Below are positions 24,058-35,700 of a DNA stretch of 64,000 nt, one piece after another. Within the stretch, counting starts at the first letter, position 1; each line of letters opens with the position of its first letter. The translations under genes were made by a program, and so were the position numbers. The notes under the pieces are model-generated. The model had not been told where the DNA came from. It searched no databases and saw only the letters and a program-made list of their open reading frames with translations. Source of the DNA: Iphione sp. A-MEVVRFRX5 (lineage: Eukaryota); the NCBI GenBank assembly GCA_976226885.1, contig OZ320319.1:37696001-37760000 (forward strand), in the 5' to 3' direction.

Positions 24058-24599
24058 TACATGGACGATATCCTTTCGGCACAAAACCACAATATCCAAA
24101 TAGCAACCTTGATTTCCTAAAAAAACAAAGTTCAGAAAACAAAACGATTCAGATACGTAGTCTTATTTGTGTACTATAATTTTATTTAGTGGCAGAGTTT
24201 TGTTTAAAAATAAAGTGTCCTCGGGGATGCTTAGATATACTAATCCTAAAACTAATACAGCGTATCTGGACCAAATTACATTAGCACTTAATGTTTGGGA
24301 ATAATACATGGCACACCCTTAGACTGAGGACACTTGAGAAAGTCCGTACTTTGGACATACATAGCACAATCCAGGAGCGCGGACATGCCCTAAAGGCTAA
24401 ATGGAGCCACTTTCACTAGGAACCACGAGTTTCTCCAGTTGTAATTTCCAGGAAATGTCGGTGCATCCGTTAGGTTGTAGGTGTATAGATAACGTCTACA
24501 GGCGTAATGATGGAAACAATGTTTTAAAAGGATTTTCTAAAATGTCTCGTTTTTAGGTCATATCACAGCATATTCCTTAAAATGCAAAGTAGTTTATTG

Positions 24600-25920
24600 A
24601 TATTTTAGCCAATGGTGATTTCAGTTGGCTTGACAGCATGATTGTATTCCTGCACTCCTGTACAAAAGTCGGAGTCATCGGTATGAAAGCAGTGGCAGCA
24701 TGGACTAAAAACCACGACTTGATCATATTGGCGTGAAGGCATTTCTTCATACAATATTCCTGCAGTTGATCGACACCCGGAACCCTGCACGACTAACAAA
24801 AACACCTTTCTTGAGTAAGTTCTCCTGGGCATATTGTGATGCACAAGCAACGAACACGACGCGTTCTGCCCGGCTCACAATTTAATGACTTTAATGACTT
24901 TCATTGTCTGTGCTGCGCCCCAGGCAGCTCAGTCACGCATCATGTTCGAATAAGAAGTGCCGATCTATCTGTTTAATACACAGAAACAAGAAGACAATGA
25001 ATAAAATATAACTTTCCCACTGGCAGCAGAGAAAATATGGGTTAAAAAAGACGAGAATATGCGATATTCCCCCAGGGAATATCATGCATAAGATCTTACC
25101 GGCTCAGTTTTCTCAGTGAGGAGGATACATTTGTTCAATGGCAGAAAATAACAGGAGCATATTAAGAGAATACTATATAAGGAGGTGCCAATATCACCAG
25201 CCATACAAGGGCAGCTTTTGAAACGAAGCTCAACAAGTCCACATGACCAGTTCAGCATAGTTTCCTAAGCTGACTTGGACATTCGGTGATAGCTGGCTCC
25301 CTGTTGTCATATTCTGCTTATTAAATGCCTTTAATACATGTATTATAGTAAAACCTTTGAAAACTACATTTTTCATCGAAAAAGGAGGATGACAATCTGG
25401 CACCCTGTTGACGTATTTTGCTCATCAAATGTCTTTAATATTACAGTGGCAGCATGGGCTAAAAACCACGACTTTGAATCTGTGAAAATTACATTTTTGA
25501 TCGAAAAAGGAGGATGACAATGTTTACTTTAGCTGCCATGTTGAATGCAGCAACATTGGATTACGCACAGAGCACTCCGCATTTCGTTTTCCAGATGGAT
25601 ACCATGCATGTCCTTGGCATGCATGGTTCAAGAGAATATTCAAAACAAGGGCATGTGTACCAGTTTAAATTCCAGTGTTCATGCATTTATGTATTTTCGG
25701 TTCTGAAGTGGATCACTTATTAGGTCTCTAAAATATCTGTATATGCTACATTTCATCGAAGCCTTCTTACAAAAGTATAATTGACATAAGTCGGCCATCT
25801 TGTTTCACATAAGATTGCATGGAAACAATCACTTGAACATTTGACCTGTTCCATCTGTAACGTGGTGTGCCGAAACTTACGTTTGTAGGCCATCTAATGC
25901 CCATATAGTCATAAATATCC
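24600..25920 (-). pseudogene. Possible relic of a spliced gene or spliced transposase, with internal duplications
   Basis: Several short minus-strand segments bounded by AG/GTAAG (25920-25881; one ending near 25099; one starting near 24786), a Cys-rich open frame, and two 31-32-bp near-identical duplications. Family not identified. Confidence 0.3.
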
Positions 25921-26510
25921 CTGCATAGGGCTATAATTAACATTCATTCATATTTGGAAAATAATATGAGAGTAATGAAAACGATCAACATTACATTGAG
26001 GTACCGACTGCTATGAAAATCACTGGAACCTTTCCGAAACATTTCAAGTCCTGATTGGCGTCAGCTAGCTTTTATCAATAAATTAAGCCATATTCAATAT
26101 ATAAAATTAATATGCAAATATATAAACTGTTCTGTCGAGTGACATATGCATGCCAATGTAAGCAGTAAGCATGGAGAAAACAATAAGCAAACAAAGAGTT
26201 GCACGTAACTGGGAACAATATACTAAACAATGTGAGATTACTATGGCGCCTGCCTCCAGAATTTGTAATCATTAACCCTTTTCTCGTGACGCACGTAGGC
26301 ATATCCATGAAGGTTGCACGGCGGTACTGGAGAAAGAGTCTGTAATCTCATGAAGTTGACGCGCTTACTATCAATACATTATTCTCCTATGAGCGAGTAG
26401 AAAGTATTCTAACTGACTGTACGATCCATAAACCATGACGCTAAGGTGATGCCACTGATACAAGACCAATAACTGCCGAGCGACAGGGCAGAGCTAGGTG
26501 AATTTTTATG

Positions 26511-26536
26511 ATATATATATATATATATATATATAT
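26511..26536. repeat. (AT)13 microsatellite
   Basis: Direct reading. Confidence 0.95.
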
Positions 26537-27197
26537 CTCAATGGACTGGACCTCAGGTCACGGAAAGTGCTTTTCCTATTCAAGCTCTAAGTGCTGAAAA
26601 TATTAAGAATATACTTGAAATGTTGGTCCTACTACGCTCAGTGATTAGTACACGTATATATAATTGTGCTTGCACAAAGGTTATGAACGAATAATCCTCG
26701 ATGAGAATAATATAGAACCAGGTTTAAGCTCATATTTGGATGGGCATTGGATGGATATATTTCCGTAATATACATGTATATCTATCTACACAGAATATAC
26801 ACGGAGCAGATAAATTGGGATACTGGCGGCAAGGCTGTGGTCGAAACCACTGGGGATAGGTAATGCGGCATAGGTTGAATCTCAATGAACCTATCACCCT
26901 CACGTACACTAAGCCAGCGCACTTGTGCAATATACAATAAAGATGGATGCTTTGATGAATAATGAATGAGAGGTGACATATTCTAGACAAATATTCTCAG
27001 ACAATATATAATAACAACGAGGTTAACAATATATAATACTAACAGCCGAATGGCCAACCGAAAGATTATTACAAGCAACATGTGCATAAAACAGCCTTCC
27101 TAACCACAGAACTATTCTTTACGGGAAAAGTTCAACCTAGTCTCAATACGTAGGAAGCTTCTACGGAGCCACTAGTAAAGGCACCTAGCTTGCCACA

Positions 27198-27235
27198 GCC
27201 ACCTGGCGGCCGTGTTGCTGACCCCTAGTGGGCAG
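27198..27235. promoter_or_regulatory. Pair of CTCF-like motifs in divergent orientation
   Basis: gccacctggcgg (reverse complement CCGCCAGGTGGC, a strong core) and cccctagtgggcag (2 mismatches to CCASYAGRKGGCRS). Confidence 0.4.
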
Positions 27236-28038
27236 AGGACGAAACTCTGCGGTCGGAGGCAGACGAGCGATGCTTTGATGTATCAGAGATTAGGAGAGGA
27301 TTAATTATGGGAGCAGATGAGGGTCTGTCCGCTGGCTCGTTAATCTTACTGATGAGACGTGGTCACCCCAAAACAAGAGGGACTTGGGTGTCTTGCGTCG
27401 CTGCGTTTGTGCATGTGAGGTAGGGTCTTGTGCAACGGTCAATGTAATTGGTAATGTGTTTTACTCACACGGTACTTCAGAGGAACCAGAGGGTAAGAAA
27501 AACAATAAAGAAGAATGACACCAAGCTAAAATACAGTCTTTCAAGAAATGCATGAGGGACAACACCTTCGGAAAAAATAACGATAGGACGTTTCTTTGTT
27601 GACCAATGTATACCAACAATTTTCTGACAGTTTCTTCTATCAAAACCCCATAGTTTGTAAGTTACAAATCCTGTACTTCACAATGGTCTCATCACGGAAC
27701 TGTCACATAGCCATGTCCACCTATCACAATGTGACAGTTATACTTTCACTATGGTCACATACAATGTTCAAATTAAAAAAATAAAGGTTTCTAGTCACAG
27801 TATCAGTGTACTGTACTTTCTCATATACTTTGAAAATACATATAGATACCTCACCATCTTCTCAATGGATATATGTCGATACTATGTAATGACATGTGAC
27901 TTGGTTACATGAGTCACATGACAAAATGGGATACTGTCCTTGGCTATGGAATGCTTTGATTTAGACATATCATGACTGTTAGACATGCAGTCCTGTCACG
28001 CGGTGATGCGTCAGTTTTTTCATTCACACAGGCAGTAA

Positions 28039-28354
28039 GGGCCTGTTCACATACATCCTGATTTTTATGGACTGCACCCTGACACGGGTGATGATATTTC
28101 TCCAGCCCCCCTTGACAATTGAAGCCATTCACATATATCATGAAATATCTGCATCCGGACATGGGTGCGGATGTCAAACCATCTGGGATAGGTTTCGTCT
28201 GGACCTGGACACAGACTTCCATAGAACACAATTTTGAAGGGACAAGTGCAGACCATATGTTAGCAATTATAATCAGGAAACAGCGGGGGGGGGGGGTGCC
28301 TCTAGACCTGTGTCCAGGGACAGATTTTTTGTCCGATTTTATGTGAACACAGCC
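28039..28354. mobile_element. Tourist/Harbinger-type MITE, third family
   Basis: taa|gggcctgttcacatac ... tatgtgaacacagcc|taa; perfect TAA TSD; 316 bp. Confidence 0.8.
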
Positions 28355-31300
28355 TAAGTGTCATTTTTTAAAAATTGTAACAATACAAATGTGAGCATTT
28401 GTCTTTTTTCCTCAGCCGACAGCCCGTCTAGTCGTATGTTGTCAGCTAGACGACTGCAAGCGTTCAGCCCAAGTGACAGAGCAACACAATTGAGTTTAGC
28501 CATGAATGCATCTTGTCGGGTATTTTGCCTTGGACCACCCTTTGACTCCATGAATGTGCCAACGGCTTAGAGTCGAAGGTTACTGCGTAGTTGTACGAAA
28601 AAGACGAGAATCCGGCCTAGTTGGATCAACTAGCCGCAGGTGGTTTTCCGGCATGCGGCTTCATTCTCACCTCGTCTCCAGGCTGACCGCCTTTGTCCAC
28701 CATTCACCAATCCGCCCCCATCGCTCACCCCTCGGTGCAGACCACAAACAGGTCTCCAGATCCGTCCTCCAACATGCGCTACATCCCAATTGGCGGGCTC
28801 CATCCCCTTCATTGCCACAGAAAAAAAAGGCCTTTCTGTTCGTTTCCATGGAGACCTTTACCCCTTGACCCTTAGGGGAAGCTACTCCTGAGCAGTTCCT
28901 CATGTGACCCTGGTGACCTGCTCAGCATTAAAATAGCATTAGTAGAGAAGCGTTTTTTTTACGTTGCACACTGGTAGCAGCCATGGAGCAAAAAAAAAGC
29001 AGCACCCTGCTTTCCTCAAGACAACATTTTATGCACGATTTTCTCAATAGGTAATGGTGAATAGTACAGAACGGTCGATGTTTCAGGGCTACGACACAGC
29101 TTCATTATGAGGCATCTGATAAAGCAGGGCCTAGTCTCGTGGCATTACGCTTTACATTCAGTTCCCTTTCAATATAGCATGAGCTGCTGCCATGTGGTAA
29201 AGCCTGATATGAAAACATTAAGGTTTGCATGTGCCACTGCAGTTCAATGTGACAAAAGCGAGTGTTGGCGCCGTGGCCAGCGATTGTGATAGGCAGAGAG
29301 TCAGACAAGCATATCCCGCACATCGAACTATTAATTCTTGGGCTGTACATCCATTTCACGCTACCATTTAGAGTGAAAGCGCATAACTCAGAGCAATATT
29401 TTGTGTTAAAGGTGTTTTTAGTCAATTTATACAGCATTTACTGTGGACCGACTAGTTAAAAAAATATCCTCTACAATACACTTTCAGAGTGAGAGAGAAT
29501 ATTTCGTGATGTACATGTAATTATAGGAGATCCTAATCCATAAACGTGGAAAGCTGTAATTGACCAAGTTACATACAAGCACATTTACTTATATATATAC
29601 ATAAAGAAGAACAGCTACGGATTGTATAAACAATCAAATCAGTTATCGTTGACTGGCGCACGCCTTCGATGTGGCCATCCCAGCCATGTGGCTCCCGTCC
29701 CAGGGATGCTTTGAACACATATTAACACCCAATCCGCTCATGATGAGCGCTGCTCCGTCCATATCTATTTAGTACCAATCAAACAAAGCCGTGCAATGGG
29801 TAAAAGAAATGCTCCAATCCACTAATGGACTAAGCTTCGGCATTCCCACTGACATCTTTGCACCGAGTTGAGTTTCCAAATAGATTATTGCATGCTTTAG
29901 TCACAGGCCACGCCTGGCTGCGGCACTAGTGAGATCAGCGAACATATTCTTCTCAGTCGCAATGCACAGATATGTATTTCCTTTGTCGATAATATTCTCT
30001 CAATTACTGTCGATTTTAGTCCGACGAACTAATGATTTTTTTCACTTTCTTAAAATGAATTAGTGTATGGGCCTTGACTAAAACGCAGCACTGGATTCCG
30101 TTTTAAAAGGATTTCAGAGAGACTCGGCAATGCCAAGCTGACGTGTTACAAGCGCCTTTGAGACACGATTCCTATACATGTATGTGTAATTATTTTCTTC
30201 ATACACTTAATGTTCTTCATGTACTTAACACCCCGGTGTATAGCTCGACGACAGACCTCGTAACGCAATATTACTTCTTTGCTTCAAGGTGGCTATCAGT
30301 CTAGCAGCCAAAAGGTCGCTTGCGGGAGTTTGTACAATTAATTGGGGAGTGTTTCCATAGTAACAGACAAGCAAGCTGATATACCGGTGGTCACAGTTAG
30401 GCTGGTTACAATAACAGTCTAATATTTGTGTTCGGGGTTATTATACTCTAAAGTAAATTCTATTAGATGGAACAAGTGATAACATCCGAGGCATTCTCCA
30501 ATATGAACTCATCAAATTTCTTAGTTTTATTTTCGCGATGAGTTTCCAATAAAAATAGAGTAAAAAAGCAGGGACATTAGTTATTACTCAGGACTTTTTG
30601 TATAATATACAAAAGAATACATACAGGCAGTAAAATTAACTATAGTTATGAACTATAAAGTTTAAAGGGTACGTTTCCATCTCATCTTCAAAGATAATGG
30701 TCTCGGTTTCTACAAAATATTTTCCAGTCAAAGGATTGTCCCATATTCTAGGGTGTCTCAATATAACGATTTCACTGTTGTTGCTAACTCTAATAGAAAG
30801 AAAGTAACTGTGAATTTGAATATAAACAACATATAAAAACAGTCATCCTATACCAGGCTTACCTGCACAACTAAACAAATGTTCTTCCATCACATAAACC
30901 AGGCTTATCACTAGTGCAGAAAAAAACTTGGCAACAAGAGCGAGAAGTTGGTACCTTATATGAAATATCATAGCATTGACGGCGATATCAGAAGGGAACA
31001 AAACTTGCGCCACATTACATAAAGCATCTCCTGAAAGCATGGCGCACAGGAAAGAGGGGGGAACCAGTCTTGTTAGATCTTCGCAAGCATGTAGGGAATA
31101 GATCCCTTGGTACTACCTGTTTTGATAAGTGATTATGAATCCACATCTTCTGCTTGATTTCATCGCCCATCCTGCTTTGAGGCATCTGATAAACTTCCTG
31201 TATGAACATGCTAAGCCCTATGAACGAAGCCCCACTGTCTTCTTATAATCAATGATAAACTTCCAGAGGAACGTCGTAATTTCATGCATTTCTGTGAGTA

Positions 31301-32129
31301 GATGGGCGTAACCCCGAATGAGATCTGTGGGCGTGAATGTGGAAAGTTTGAAAAAAGGAGATAATTCAATAAAACAGTCCATGGAAGACAGCTAGCGCCC
31401 TGAACAGTAATTTGCGTTATTCCCATGTTTTCCGTAGTTCGCGCTAGTTTCGTTCGTAATTCCTCTTTAGTTATTAGAGCTATCCATCGAAGCTGGAACA
31501 ACCTGCAATTTCATGGGCACATCCACCTCTTTCATCGGCATCTCATGGCTTCTTTAAAACTGATAACAAAGTGGCCCGCCGGCTGTGTGTCGGCGATGCT
31601 AAAGATCGATTTGGACTGAGTTGAAAACAGGAGGGAGGAATAAAGGACAAGGAGAGGTGGCGTGAGCAGGCCCCTGCCGGTTGGCAGAGCCCATGTGGCT
31701 CTGCGAGTCGATTTAAATCCATCCTACTGAATGATCCCCAAGAGAGAGGCCCGAAAGGTTAAGGCAGCCTGTCGGAGACACAGCAGGGCCTTGTCCTGGC
31801 GCTTGCTCGGCCCACAGCCAAGCTGTTCGCTCTGGTAAACAGGACTAACTGCGCGCCAATTCCATCGAATTGACACGGTCTCGCGTCTTGTATGAACAGA
31901 AGAACTGCACTCGGCCGATGGGTCTTTAAGTGACATTGCTAAATGGAGCGCCTCTTTTTCTTTTCGCGCTTTTATTCACACCTATGATTACAGTGCACGT
32001 AGCTAAATGGACGTGAATGCACCTTACAGAATGCCACTATTTCAACGAACAAGAACAATAAATACAAATGTGCTTAACCCTTAATGTCAGAAGTCAATTT
32101 GGTAAACGGGAAACCAGGGGAAAAGAAAC

Positions 32130-32163
32130 AGAGAGAAAGAGAGAGAGAGAGAGGGAGAGAGAG
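32130..32163. repeat. Imperfect (AG)n microsatellite
   Basis: Direct reading. Confidence 0.9.
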
Positions 32164-33807
32164 CATACAAAGAGCGGGAATATCCAGTTGTAAGAAATGA
32201 ATAGATTATTACAGGGCCTTCGGTAGCCCGAAACAACCTTCTTGACAGATGGCTTATTGGTGAATCAACTCTTAGAAATTCAATTACCATACTTTATATT
32301 TTTGAGCGGTCGGCAAGTGCTAAGTACTTCCTGTTTCAAAGTATCACATGAAAGACATAACGCAACATTATTATCTGTACACCTTCACTCAATCAACAAC
32401 TCTTACATTATCTTTAAAGTAGATTTACACAGACAGAGGCTGATCACATCTTGTGAGTTATAAGGGAATTTGAGTAAGTCGTTGAAAACAATCGTTGTTT
32501 TTCTATCCTCATAACTGTGATAAATTTTCCGGAGATAATCTGCATGTAGTTCCCTTTGAAGTAACCCTACAGGGTCTCACTTTGAATATCTCAAAGGCAG
32601 TATACTACTATTCAACCGACATGCCTGTAGCATAGTAGCTGGGAGGAGTGGAAGTCCCACCAAGACTGACACCGAGGGACAGTGACAGGGCCCGAAGGTC
32701 ATTTCCATCAATCATAATCAAGCGCAAGGTAAACAGGTAGCCGGTCTCCAACGAGACCCAGCCCGTCCCGTTCGTTGACGTCGCTATAGGCTGTTTTCAG
32801 ACAGTGTATTTGTAGTCTGATCAAATGTCTGACGTCTAGATGACTGGCTCATCGATATCGGCACATTCCAACGCATATCATTGGGCTGGGTGCTCTGACG
32901 TATTATTTCCCTCCATTTGCATTTCAAACATATTTTCGAGCTCTTTGTATTCAGGGGACGTTCTCGATGCTCTTTAAAACGATTTGGCCAATTGATGTGC
33001 GGATTGATGTGCAGATTCGATGCATTGGGAACAAATCCAAAATGTATATGAGTGCATATTCCTTATCAGACCAGGCCGGTATGGCTACTGTACATTGTAC
33101 CACTTCCCACAGCTTAACCTTGGATGGTGTGGAACAGGTTCCACACCGCGCCTTCATGAAGGCAAAACAGATTCTCCCGAAAAGCTATATTGAATATTAG
33201 CCGAATGTAAATCTGGGTCTAAGAGGAAAGTCGAATCTGGGACCACGAGCATGAGAAATGCATCTTGTTGTTTTCGAGGATGATGCATATTATCATAATT
33301 ATTTCTACTAATATCAAACTCCGTAACGTTACATTCAGGTAAGAAACACAATGATTGGTTGTTTTGTAAATGAAATAGCAGTTTGAATCCCACTGTGAGG
33401 TCTCATAGTTGATGAAATAGTCAATAAGTGAAGGTGATCGAAAGGTGGCTGTATAGTAACCCCCAGCCTCAACCCGACATTTTCATATACGTGTCACTCT
33501 TAAAATGCTAGTGTGGTCCTCAAATCGACATTTGCATGCACTTCTTCGTGGGCCGGGTTGCTATGTGTCCGATATTTTTTTTCCGTATACGGTAGGGTCG
33601 GGGAAATATGGTCGATTAGTATTGCTCGTGTGGATAAAGTAAAGTTCGATCCTTAGTGTGGATATAAAGCTCTTCAATTCTCTTTATCTAGCAGTGAGAT
33701 TTGATGATTCTTTATGCGTTTCCATCACGAAATGTGCAGCCGTTCACATACAGACGCCTATCAGTAGACTGTTCGCCACAGGAGCGGGGCGGTTGAGATC
33801 CGCTTAC

Positions 33808-33863
33808 CTCTAACACGTCCTCAGGGCTGCTAAGATTAGCTTCCACCAAACGACATTTCAGTT
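33808..33863 (-). CDS. Candidate 56-nt exon ((E)LKCRLVEANLSSPEDVLE; phase 1 in, phase 0 out)
   Basis: Acceptor tttttttcctcttcctgcgcgtcccctggcttgcag| and donor gag|gtaagc. Confidence 0.35.
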
Positions 33864-35686
33864 CTGCAAGCCAGGGGACGCGCAGGAAGAGGAAAAAAAG
33901 TCTCACTCATCCCTGCAGGTGATAAGTCAGCGGGGCAAGCGAGGTCCCTGCACCACCTGCCAGCCGTGGGCCTGGCTGGCACGCGCCACGTCAGCACTCG
34001 GGCCTGTACACTAACCATTCCTCCCCGGCGATCAATCGGCAGCCGACTCGCCACCCTTCTATGTTGCCCGTAATTACATTAGAGGCTAATGAAATCAACC
34101 GGCGGCTTTCAATTCGCTGTAGCGACGACGGATCGTCATTTAACTGAAGACCATCAAAAAGCAAAGTCGACAATTGCCTATTGATGGGTGTGATGTGACC
34201 ATAGCGGACAAGGGTCTTTCGTATAAAGGCTATGCGCTGCCCAAGCTACAGCAATGGGAAACCAAAGCAAAAGACTATCGAGCTGATCGCGATTCTCTTG
34301 TAATACATCCCTTAGGATTATACAGTGGCACCAGCTAGATGGCGCCCTTGTAATCACAAGAAGACTGCAAGCATCCACCGAACCTTTATCAGCGGGGGGT
34401 CCCACTGCGGCTGACCAACAAGGCACGCCACACAAGGTTGCACTTCATATGAGAGCAGAAGCAGCCAGACCTAAGTGTGCAATCGAAGATTCCTTTGCGG
34501 TTATGTCAAGGACAGGCCCGAAGACATGGAGATCCGTGAGGTGTACTGCTCGTAGGCGAGAGTTGGGGAGTTCAAGTATAGGCGGGGTTTCACAACCTGA
34601 GGGGATAAAATGTAAAGCGGCTGCTAACCGAGGTTTCTTCCGGAAAATGATAGTAAGCGGATGGATAGGGGGGAGCCATTTTGCTGAAGATGGAGTAGAG
34701 GGTATTCAAACTAAAGGTGTTGATAAAATTTCAGGCACCAAAGTATACGTAGACCGATATACCAATATTTTTTGACAATTTTAAAGTAGAAATAAAGAAT
34801 AACCGACAGCTATGTGTCATATTTTAATCTTCACTTTACTTAATGAAGGTAGAAAGAATGTACATACAGGGATATACATAATGCACATGCACATATATAT
34901 TTTGAACACATAAATCCGATATTGGTGCAATATGCAGATGATTATATATGCTGCATTGGAATAATACATTTATAAAATCTGTCAACATTTGGGAATGTGT
35001 CTACAGCTCTAATTATTACAAAAGGGGGACTTATATAGGCGAAACAAGAGAAAAACCATTGCTGAAACGAAGATAACAGTTCAACTAAAAATTACATAAG
35101 ACGAGTTGGATGTGAAAATATTGCTTACGCTAAGAGAGGTGCATCTATGGAATAAGCCAATGATACCTGCATCCTGTGTGTCGCCTCGACTAATCAATAA
35201 TAGCTTCTCTTTTGGAGGATTGATTGATTTAATAAGGAAGCTATTGAGGCAGTTTAAGACTCGCTGTAGGCAGTCTCCAGCGCACTTGGGTCTTATTCTA
35301 TTTACCCATTAATCATCCTCACTGACAATTATCTCGGTTTCAGGAGATTAAGGGCATCATACGTCGTTCCTGCTGACAATTATCAAGTTTTTAGAGGATT
35401 ACAGCACGAAAGTGGAAAAAATTAGATTCCTCGTCAGACTAAGCCTCATGCCACTCACCAATCCCTGGGTCGCACACCGGTCAGCCTTTCAAAAGGCGAC
35501 GAGATATTCACATTAAAATACTTCACATCACAGCCACAGCAACCGGAGACAAATACATGGGCATGTCCCATCACCCGTGCACCATTTGTCTTCGAATTGA
35601 ATTAGATTGAACACGCGGCAGTGATGGTCGCGTCGGTCCCACCGTTGCTGATTTCGGAGATCCGCATTGCACCGTTCGGCCACGCT

Positions 35687-35700
35687 GGGCGGTATATAAG
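35687..35700 (+). promoter_or_regulatory. GC box abutting a TATA box (candidate core promoter)
   Basis: gggcgg-tatataag at the end of a CpG-rich patch. Confidence 0.35.

Noticed and set aside
27241-27365. GAAAC plus CTGATGA as a type II hammerhead ribozyme
   Set aside because: Stem II does not pair (gacg versus ggac) and stems I and III cannot be formed. Other CTGATGA hits also lack a stem II-GAAA.
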